Virus record (IMG/VR): IMGVR_UViG_2534682349_000001
Strand: one strand, 5' to 3'
DNA length: 39,966 nucleotides
Source: a virus
Lineage: Duplodnaviria > Heunggongvirae > Uroviricota > Caudoviricetes
Under the pieces are notes generated by a model that saw only the letters and a program-made list of their open reading frames with translations, searched no databases and had not been told where the DNA came from. Positions 17,542-25,824 of the stretch are shown here, piece by piece (positions within the stretch are counted from its first letter, which is position 1; every line of letters begins with the position of its first letter). The position numbers were made by a program, and so were the translations under genes.

Positions 17542-19638
17542 ATGCCACTGAAATACAAAAAGCCCAATTACAATGAAACGTTATCGAATATTGTAAATGG
17601 GCTTGAAGAAAAAGTAAGTGGTCGAGCAGCAAGTGTTTTACGACAACCAATTCGCAACCTTCAAACAACTATTCAAGTGTTGGATAATGATGGCTCCATA
17701 ATTGATACTATTACTGGAAAAACAACTGGTGGAACTATTAATTATGATGCAACCTCATTGATACGACGAACGGGAACTTTGAAGATGGTTGTTGATCCTT
17801 CATATATGCCAAATAACAAAAGTGTTTTTTGGTTTGATAAGAAGTTTAGAGTCTATCAAGGAGTTGTTGATTTATCTCGTTTCCCCAGAGAGGCAGTTAA
17901 CTTTTTACTAGGAACGTTTTGGGTTAACGAATCCTCTCTACGTTTTGATAAAACAACACGTGAAATATCAGTTACGTTAGCTGACAAAATGACCTTATGG
18001 GACGGCCAGGGACTAGAAAATAAACTCAAAATAAAGCGTGGAACACCTATGAGTGATGCTATCAGAGGAATCATGGAATTAGTGGGAGAAACAGATTTTG
18101 GGTATATGTACACCAGTAATGGTGAAGAAATCCTTCAGTACGATTACGAAAAGGAACCGGGCACTTCAATCAATGATATCATTGAAGACTTTCGTGATAT
18201 GTACATGGATTTTATCTGTGGCTATAATTCTCTTGGTCAATTTGAGTATCGGAAGTTGCCTATTCAAAAGGAAGAAGAAATTCCTAAGCCTAAATGGGAA
18301 TTTGATGCAACTTCACAAGATAGAGCAGATCTTACCTTATCATTTCAAGAAAGCTACGACTTAAAGAATGTTAAGAACAGATTTGTTGTTATTGGGTCCA
18401 CATCAACCAAAACAGGCTATACACCTAAGGGTTCAGTAAAAATTACTGATACAAATAGCGAGTTTAATATAGATGCTATCGGAACTAGAACAAAGGTTAT
18501 CCAAAATAGTGATCTAACAAATGATCTACAGTGTGTATCTCAAGCACGATATGAAATGTGGAAAGCTGCACACTTCCAAGAAAAAGTAAGCATTGATGTT
18601 TCTCCAGTTTACTTCTTGCAACCCAATGATGTTATTCTGGTCACCAATCCTGTAACAAAAAAAGTATATCAGTACATGATTGATACTATTCAAATTGACT
18701 TAGCTGTCGATGGAATTATGTCAATTGACGCTCATAAAATGTACTTTGTTAAGCCGGATTATGGTGAGGCAGATATGCCAATTGTGGCGGCTATCAAAAA
18801 TGGTATCAATAAATTAGGCTGGTTGTCACTTCCAGAAGAAAGGATTAAGGATACGTATGGTATTTCCGCCGATGGAAAGAATTACTTGAGTATACGATTC
18901 GTCGTTGATGAAGAAGGTGGATGGCAAGCAGAAACAACTGCGTATAACACTTCCAGAAATCAAACACTAGAAATCGACCTTCGAGATTTTGAAAAGCTCA
19001 ATCTTAAGGATGAAAATGGTGACGTTGGTAGATCTAAAGGTGATTATGCAGATCGTGTACTCGGACATGAAATGTTTCATGCAGTATGTAACGATTTCTA
19101 TGGTGCGGTTAAGACGATGGATATGCCTGTATGGTTTAAAGAAGGCTTTGCAGAGTTACTTCATGGTGGAAAAGATCGTTACGTAACAATAACGGGATTT
19201 GAAAGTAAGGAAGCTAAGAAACAAGCGCTAATTAAGCGAGCTAGGAACCAACTAAATGGAACATGGGAGAGTACATCAGATGACTATGTAGCTGCTTATC
19301 TGATTGCTTGTGCTATGTATTATTTGGTTGGTGATTTAAATGGTCTTCATGACATGTTTCAGCGACTAGAAAAAGAAAGTAACTTAAATTTGAACTTTCT
19401 GTACAAAGCATTACCTATTACTGAATCGGCAGGTCAAATCTTCGATAAGGTAATTGATAAAATGCAAAAGATGCCAATTTGGGATTTCTTAAATGACCCT
19501 ACAGATGTAGACACATGTTCTATTGGTGGAAATCATATGCTTAATATATATGACAGACCACTTAGTCCAGAAGATGTGTTTAACAATCAGACGGCAACAA
19601 CTGATTCATTAGGATTTAAAATTAAGTTCGACGAGTAG
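17542..19638 (+). CDS. Tail hub/Tal-like protein with C-terminal gluzincin metallopeptidase (flagellinolysin-like)
   Basis: The N-terminal ~410 aa resemble phage tail hub proteins (probably DUF5048-type). The C-terminal part has HEMFH (aa 509-513) and the third zinc ligand E534 in WFKEGFAE. Confidence 0.75.
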   Translation: MPLKYKKPNYNETLSNIVNGLEEKVSGRAASVLRQPIRNLQTTIQVLDNDGSIIDTITGKTTGGTINYDATSLIRRTGTLKMVVDPSYMPNNKSVFWFDKKFRVYQGVVDLSRFPREAVNFLLGTFWVNESSLRFDKTTREISVTLADKMTLWDGQGLENKLKIKRGTPMSDAIRGIMELVGETDFGYMYTSNGEEILQYDYEKEPGTSINDIIEDFRDMYMDFICGYNSLGQFEYRKLPIQKEEEIPKPKWEFDATSQDRADLTLSFQESYDLKNVKNRFVVIGSTSTKTGYTPKGSVKITDTNSEFNIDAIGTRTKVIQNSDLTNDLQCVSQARYEMWKAAHFQEKVSIDVSPVYFLQPNDVILVTNPVTKKVYQYMIDTIQIDLAVDGIMSIDAHKMYFVKPDYGEADMPIVAAIKNGINKLGWLSLPEERIKDTYGISADGKNYLSIRFVVDEEGGWQAETTAYNTSRNQTLEIDLRDFEKLNLKDENGDVGRSKGDYADRVLGHEMFHAVCNDFYGAVKTMDMPVWFKEGFAELLHGGKDRYVTITGFESKEAKKQALIKRARNQLNGTWESTSDDYVAAYLIACAMYYLVGDLNGLHDMFQRLEKESNLNLNFLYKALPITESAGQIFDKVIDKMQKMPIWDFLNDPTDVDTCSIGGNHMLNIYDRPLSPEDVFNNQTATTDSLGFKIKFDE

Positions 19639-19685
19639 ATTTTATTGAGGAGGACATTAATACATATGAGAGGAAGTTGTATTAA

Positions 19686-20420
19686 ATGTCGAGATCTACT
19701 TTTCCGCAAAAGATAGATGTATTTAGAGAATTATTTGATCTTCCGGCAAATCAAGTTGCAAATGCACTAGAATTGCAGAGATTAAAACAAAAGACAACAC
19801 TAACAAATGATGAACAAAACCAAATTTCCGCATTAAGTGCCCAACTACAAGATTATATGATTACACCTGAAACCATGAATAAACTTCAGGACGCAATTGT
19901 AGAAATTGAGACATTCTTTGATGGGAATGTAAGAAAGTATATTCTTGAAAAGCAGAAAGAATGGGACACCTACGTTAACGATTTTGATTATGTAGGTGAA
20001 TGGGACGCAACGAAGAAGTTCAAGAAACATAATCTTATAACATATCAAGGTGCATTATATATTGTTACAAAAGATGTGGTAGCGGATAGGCAACATACAC
20101 CAGATAATGATTCCGATCATTATCGGCCTGCATCTAGTAAGGGTGACAAGGGTGATATAGGATTAAATGCTATTTTTAAGGGTGAATGGAATGGAGCTAC
20201 TAGCTATAAGGCTGGTGATGCCGTGTCCGTTCGTGAAGGCCAAAGTTGGCGCCCGTTAGATTTAGTATTTATTGCTAAAAAAGATAATCAAGGTCAAAAG
20301 CCAACTATAGGTGCTGCAAGTGATTATTGGTTCCCATATCATAATTTAATTATTGTTCCTAAAGAATATGCTAACTATAAATTTCATCCAGATATTCATC
20401 GAATCCAGATAGTTGATTAG
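19686..20420 (+). CDS. Baseplate/tail structural protein with C-terminal carbohydrate-binding-like repeats
   Basis: MSRSTFPQKID...ITPETMNKLQDA N-terminus resembles SPbeta-like tail genes (recall); two GEW-x5-Y-x3-(D/N)-x-V/I repeats. Confidence 0.55.
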   Translation: MSRSTFPQKIDVFRELFDLPANQVANALELQRLKQKTTLTNDEQNQISALSAQLQDYMITPETMNKLQDAIVEIETFFDGNVRKYILEKQKEWDTYVNDFDYVGEWDATKKFKKHNLITYQGALYIVTKDVVADRQHTPDNDSDHYRPASSKGDKGDIGLNAIFKGEWNGATSYKAGDAVSVREGQSWRPLDLVFIAKKDNQGQKPTIGAASDYWFPYHNLIIVPKEYANYKFHPDIHRIQIVD

Positions 20421-20430
20421 AGGTGGGAGA

Positions 20431-20820
20431 ATGGAAGTTAGCGAACAACAAAAAGGATTATTAGAAGCCATGCGAACAATAGCTCAGCATGAAGCACAAC
20501 GTAATTCAGGGCCACAGTTTCAAACAGGTGTCGTGGTGGAAGATCCTGCTGGATATAAATGTATTGTCAGAGTGAATGATACCGAAAAAACATGTACTTT
20601 GCCAGAACATTTGCATGATTGGGTAAGCAAAGACGATATAGTTCAAGTTTGCGATATGTATGGGAATGGTGCTGAGCTAATTGTCACTGGATCTTCTGGA
20701 TCAATAAGAAAGAAAACATTGGTTGTTAACGATGAAGATAAAGATAAGTTAACTGGTGGCGTTACTAAATTTGCAGATGATAGTGGAAATTTAACCGATA
20801 ATACACTAACGCTAGAGTAG
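20431..20820 (+). CDS. Small baseplate protein, possible OB-fold spike-like
   Basis: RBS GAGGTGGGAG before ATG 20431; QTGVVV...KCIVRVN...DDIVQV pattern. Positional call. Confidence 0.35.
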   Translation: MEVSEQQKGLLEAMRTIAQHEAQRNSGPQFQTGVVVEDPAGYKCIVRVNDTEKTCTLPEHLHDWVSKDDIVQVCDMYGNGAELIVTGSSGSIRKKTLVVNDEDKDKLTGGVTKFADDSGNLTDNTLTLE

Positions 20821-20834
20821 AGAGAGGGTATTAA

Positions 20835-22190
20835 ATGGCTGTAAAAAGAGCAAAATATTTAGTTGCAGATGATGAATATCATTTCGTAACAGACGACAAG
20901 GCTCTTAGAGTCCTAGATTCAAATAATAATGAAATTGGAACTTTTAGAGAATTAGGCTTTGAGGGAAAATTAATCACAAGTGGTGATTATAGAGATATAA
21001 AGCATACGGGTGTGTACCGAATTAAAGGCGTGGGAGGCTTGCCTGGAAATATACCGGGAGATAAGGAATCCATTCTGACGGTTACATCGATTGGCGCTCA
21101 GAACAATCCGGAATTGACCTTCTATAAGGTAATAAGTCCTAACGGAGTAATTTTAGAAAATACTGTCTCACGAAGTAATCAGTCTGGATGGGGATCTGGT
21201 GGTGTTGATTTACGGAATACCATTACAAGTATTAACAATATTATTGGTGATATTTCAAAACTTCAGACAGATTCCAAGAATATGACTGGGGCAATTAATG
21301 AGTTAAATTCCAAAATAAATAATGTATCTGGCAACTCACAAAGTGGGTTGGAGAGCTTAAAAAAAGATAGCGACAATAGATATTTATTCAAGTGGGGAGA
21401 TACGGTTAATGGTGATCTTTCAATCAAGTTTGGAGCGAAATACAAACTTCGAGGTAAGAATGGTCATGACTACAATTTAGCTTCTATTGACGACAATAAT
21501 AATATCCATATTGGCGATGCAGACACTAACTTACATTTTTGGGGTAATGATAATCCTACTTTTAATGGTAAAAAGATATTTACTGAAGCCAATGTAGGTA
21601 GTGGATCTGGACTTGACGCCGATAAGCTTGATGGGATTGACAGCTCTGGCTTCTTAAAGACTAATAGCGATGATACTAAATATAGTGGTCTTCGCATGGA
21701 TAAACGGAACATTCACTTCAATATCAAAGATGGCGAAAATACAGAAACAGGATTAGTTTTTGATAAGAATAATAAGTGGACTGCTAAAGTTGTTGCAACC
21801 GATATTGGTGATGTCCATATTCAAACAGGTGGTAAAGAGTATAAATATCCTCCATTTACGTTCAATCAAGATCGTAATTTTGTTCAATATGGTGGTATGC
21901 ACGTTATTCGAGCCAATGAGCCACAAATTAATTTTCAGACATTTGATGAAAAAACTGGAAACTTTGATAAAGGAGTAGGGTTTTTCAAGCCAGCATGGGA
22001 TCAAGGATCATTGGCAGTTGGAAATTGGAATACTTCTGAAGTTGTTGCTCAATTTGCTGTTGGAGCCAATCATGAAGCAGTTAAGCTGAATCACTCTCCT
22101 TACATCGGTGACCATAATAGAAGATTATTTATGCAGGACGAACAGCCTAGTGGAGACGTTCCAGTGGGATCAGTCTGGATTGGTATTTAG
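20835..22190 (+). CDS. Tail fibre protein
   Basis: Knob-like segment (IKHTGVYRI...SGWGSG), coiled coil, the LDADKLDGIDSSGF fibre motif, and C-terminal QDEQPSGDVPVGSVWI. Confidence 0.75.
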   Translation: MAVKRAKYLVADDEYHFVTDDKALRVLDSNNNEIGTFRELGFEGKLITSGDYRDIKHTGVYRIKGVGGLPGNIPGDKESILTVTSIGAQNNPELTFYKVISPNGVILENTVSRSNQSGWGSGGVDLRNTITSINNIIGDISKLQTDSKNMTGAINELNSKINNVSGNSQSGLESLKKDSDNRYLFKWGDTVNGDLSIKFGAKYKLRGKNGHDYNLASIDDNNNIHIGDADTNLHFWGNDNPTFNGKKIFTEANVGSGSGLDADKLDGIDSSGFLKTNSDDTKYSGLRMDKRNIHFNIKDGENTETGLVFDKNNKWTAKVVATDIGDVHIQTGGKEYKYPPFTFNQDRNFVQYGGMHVIRANEPQINFQTFDEKTGNFDKGVGFFKPAWDQGSLAVGNWNTSEVVAQFAVGANHEAVKLNHSPYIGDHNRRLFMQDEQPSGDVPVGSVWIGI

Positions 22191-22203
22191 GAGGTAGTTG
22201 TAA

Positions 22204-22893
22204 ATGCCATTTGTAAAATATAGAGGAGCCAATGGAGAGTGGATCAAACTTGGCGGTGGAAATGTTCGTGTGTCTAATGGGCATACGTGGATTCCGCCAC
22301 GTGCAAGAATTTGGAATGGTCATGAGTGGTTGAACTTGCTAGAGGAACGTAAAACTACAACTTGGGAAGCAACCTGGAGCGAAGGCTATTGGGGACCATC
22401 TAAAGGAAATCTTGCTCATACCCATTATAATTCGTTAGTAAGACACGATCGGCTATGCCAAGGAAACTATTTACCCTACCACGACAACTTTATTGGCCGT
22501 CAAGGTCGAGAAGGTGGTATGTTTGGTGTCGATATTGAAAATATGCGTAATGAATTACAAGGAAGTAGGATAGAAAAAATAGAAGTGTATCTCCACGTTC
22601 TTCATAGTGGATATTACTCAGGGACGGATATAATCGTTGGGGCGCATAATTGTCGTGATTGGCAAGATAGATTTAGCCAGATTAATTATGGAGTAGCGTC
22701 TGCGCGTTATTATCGTCGAGATCAGGGGCAATGGATTACATTGCCTAATTGGGTTGGCGATAACTTAAGAGATGGTAAATTAAGTGGACTTACAACTTAT
22801 GCCGATCAACCAGACCTTTGGCATTATGCTTACTGTGCGGGTATCTGGGATGGCTGGAAAAAGCCAAAGATTCGCATTACATACTGGAAATAG
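22204..22893 (+). CDS. Distal fibre / receptor-binding-like protein
   Basis: RBS GGAGG; Trp/Tyr/Gly-rich beta-sandwich-like sequence (TTTWEATWSEGYWG...IEKIEVYLHVLH...GQWITLP) typical of siphovirus minor tail C-terminal domains. Confidence 0.55.
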   Translation: MPFVKYRGANGEWIKLGGGNVRVSNGHTWIPPRARIWNGHEWLNLLEERKTTTWEATWSEGYWGPSKGNLAHTHYNSLVRHDRLCQGNYLPYHDNFIGRQGREGGMFGVDIENMRNELQGSRIEKIEVYLHVLHSGYYSGTDIIVGAHNCRDWQDRFSQINYGVASARYYRRDQGQWITLPNWVGDNLRDGKLSGLTTYADQPDLWHYAYCAGIWDGWKKPKIRITYWK

Positions 22894-22894
22894 A

Positions 22895-22956
22895 GTGTTA
22901 AATATTTTTGTTGTGTGTTATCATATTTATATAATCACAACGAAAATATTTAACAC
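22895..22956 (+). promoter_or_regulatory. 21-bp inverted repeat enclosing a TATAAT, upstream of the endonuclease
   Basis: GTGTTAAATATTTTTGTTGTG, 20-nt loop with TATAAT (22930-35), then CACAACGAAAATATTTAACAC; one mismatch, which is a G-U pair in RNA. Confidence 0.7.
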
Positions 22957-22973
22957 GAGAATTGAGGGGTTAG

Positions 22974-24310
22974 ATGGGAAAAGATTGGTCTATTGATTTT
23001 GATGCCAAATTGCATGATAAATTCGGGGCGATGTTGTAAGACTTGAACCTTATGTGAATAAGAGTACAACAATTAAATTTAGACATAAATGTGGAAATGA
23101 TTACTATGCAGTTCCACGAGGAGTGCTAAAGAGTAAGGTGGGTTCATGTACTAAGTGTAGAAAACGAAATACAGGTTGCCGTAAGAAAAAAAGTAATGAT
23201 GATTTTAAGCGGGAGGTTAAAGCACTAGTTGGTGATGAATATTCTTTTTTAGACCCTTATACAAGAGCACATGATAAGATACGTTGTCGACATAATAAAT
23301 GTGACAATGTATGGCTAGTAAAACCCAACGCATTTCTAAATGGAACCAGGTGTCCAAATATAGATTGTATTCCTAAAAAACCATACAAAAATCGGGCACA
23401 GATTGAGCGAGAAATTCGCAATAAGACTAATGATGAATATCGTATGGCAGAACCATATAGGGGTGATGGTGAAAAGATCCTTTTTATTCATAGATATTGT
23501 GGGAATAAATGGAGAATAAAACCCAATGATATCCTTAATGGTCACGGATGCCCAAAATGCACAATGACACAACAATGGAGTACGCAAAGACTTGCTTGTT
23601 ATATTACAGGCATAACCCATGGAGAATATGAACTGCTGAGCGAATATTCGAGTATGTCAGAGCCAGTAAGAATTAAACATAATAAATGCGGATCAATATA
23701 TTCGACACGACCAGCTTCATTCAAAGAGGGGCATAGATGCTATAACTGTGCTATGAAGCAAGTTGGTGAATTAAGACGAATATCCTCCTATGAGTTTTAT
23801 GAAAGAGTGTATAAGCTATTGGGTAGCGACTATGAAATAAGTGAATTTAGCACAAGAAACGAAAAGGTATTAGTGAAACACAAGAGGTGCGGAAACCTTT
23901 GGAAAACGGCTGCAAAGAATATTTTGTCTGGTTCAGGTTGTCCATTTTGTAAATCCTCTAGAGGAGAAAGAGTTATTAATTTATGGTTAAAGTCACATAA
24001 TATTCAGACAGAATATCAGAAGAAATTTGTAGACTGCAAAGATCAGCGTTCACTCCCATTTGACTTTTATCTTCCCGATTATAATTTGGTTATTGAATAT
24101 GATGGAAGACAGCATTTTCAAGGGTATGACTATTTTGGTGGAGAAGAAGCCTATAAGATTCGTCACAAACATGATTTAATCAAAAACAAATATTGTGAAG
24201 ATAATAATATTAATCTATTACGTATTCCATATACGGTTACCGGGGAAGACATCGGTAAAGTAATTCAGAATAAATTAGATGAATTAACACAACTCGATAA
24301 AGTTGCTTAA
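22974..24310 (+). CDS. Free-standing zinc-ribbon-repeat endonuclease with Vsr/DUF559-like nuclease domain (homing-endonuclease-like); one-base frameshift near the 5' end
   Basis: Five H-x1-2-CG...CxxC modules and C-terminal FDFYLP...IEYDGRQH. RBS GAGGGG and ATG 22974 give MGKDWSIDFDAKLHDKFG, which continues in the -1 frame as GDVVRLEPYVNKSTT at the G4 run 23025-28 (about 445 aa if joined). Confidence 0.8.
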
Positions 24311-24367
24311 AATTAAATACTAAAACTAAGGAGGACAAAATAAAACACTCGAAAGGAGCAATTTATT

Positions 24368-25674
24368 TTGTTCAAGAAGTTTCTAAAAAGAATGATAATA
24401 GTCATTGCTACTATTATTCTTGTTATTCCTATTTTTTCAGGATTAGCAGGTGCAGATGCCAGGTCATATGGACCTGATCTATCAAAATATCAAGGTGCTT
24501 ATGCAAGTAAGCCTTATGCGCGAGATCAGTTTGCAATTGCACAAGTTGGTGGATACGTAAATGGTTATTTCTATGACCAATGGACATATCCAACACAAAT
24601 TAGTTCAGGTATTGCTAATGGGTTGAGAATGCACACTTATATTTGGTATCAAGTTGGTGGAAATGCTCAATTGGGGAAGCAGGTTGTAGATCATTTTCTA
24701 CCAAAGATCCAAGCGCCTAAGGGGTCGATCATTGCATTAGATTATGAAGATGGAGCATCTTGGGACAAGAATGCTAACACAGAAGCTATTTTAGCTGGTA
24801 TGCGTGAAATTAAGGCTGCGGGATACGAGCCGATGTATTACTCATACAAGCCATATACCCTGGCTCACGTTGACTATAATCGTATTATTGCTGAATTCCC
24901 TAACTCTGGATGGATTGCAGCATACCCAGATTACAATGTTCGTACAGAACCATACTGGGGTGTATTCCCTTCACTTCCAGGAATTAGTATCTACCAATTT
25001 ACTAGCACGTATCGTGCTGGCGGTTTAGACGGTAATATTTCATTAGCACCTAATGGTCGTGACATTACTATGAGCGGTTACGTCAATGGAAATTCACAAA
25101 AGCCAAAGACTGAAACTCCTGCAACTGAACAAGGTAAGCAAATTCATAAGGATACTCATAACTACACTGTAAAATCGGGTGATAGTTGGTGGGGAATTGC
25201 CAACAAGTATGGAATGGAAATGAACGCCTTAGCACAATTGAATGGCAAGACCATTAATGACGTAATTCACCCAGGACAGGTTATTCGTGTTGCTGATAAG
25301 GGAGAAGGTCAATCTGTTTCAAACAAGGTTAACACTACCCCGCACAACCAAAGCCAGTGCAACCAGCAAATAACACTCAATATTACACTGTTAGATACAA
25401 CGACTCATTCTGGTCCATTGCGAACAAGTATGGCATGAATATGTACACACTTGCTGCTAATAATGGATTAAGCATTAACTCAGTTATTTACCCTGGGCAA
25501 CGCTTAAAGGTGAGTGGTAACGCACAAGCAACTCAAAAGGTTCACTATGTTAAATATGGTGAAACGCTAAGCGGAATTGCTGCACAGCTCGGAACTACTG
25601 TATCTCATTTACAAGCAGTAAACGGAATTCGAAACGCTAACTATATCTGGGTCGGCCAAAGAATCGCTGCATAA
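24368..25674 (+). CDS. Endolysin: signal peptide + GH25 muramidase + 3 LysM, split by a one-base frameshift after LysM1
   Basis: GH25 motifs GPDLSKYQG and IALDYE; LysM1 YTVKSGDSWWGIA. The -1 frame from the C4 run 25338-41 gives the linker PAQPKPVQPANN and two more LysM domains (about 435 aa joined). Confidence 0.9.
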
Positions 25675-25712
25675 CATATTCGTTTGTAAAACATGGGTTT
25701 TATAAACTTTTG

Positions 25713-25751
25713 TAGAGTCGCGAACTCAATATTCACGGCTCTATGTACATA
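25713..25751 (+). other. Stem-loop followed by TGTACATA
   Basis: TAGAGTCGCGAA-CTCAATA-TTCACGGCTCTA, then TGTACATA; no U-tail. Confidence 0.5.
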
Positions 25752-25824
25752 AATATATTTATACTAATTCACCAATTAGTAGTTAAGGAGGAAAAATTAA
25801 TTACTCATGAGGTGAAGTAAAGAT

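Noticed and set aside
20835-22893. Shufflon or invertible fibre cassette driven by the tyrosine recombinase
   Set aside because: No inverted gene fragments or paired inverted crossover sites flank the fibre genes; all genes are co-oriented.
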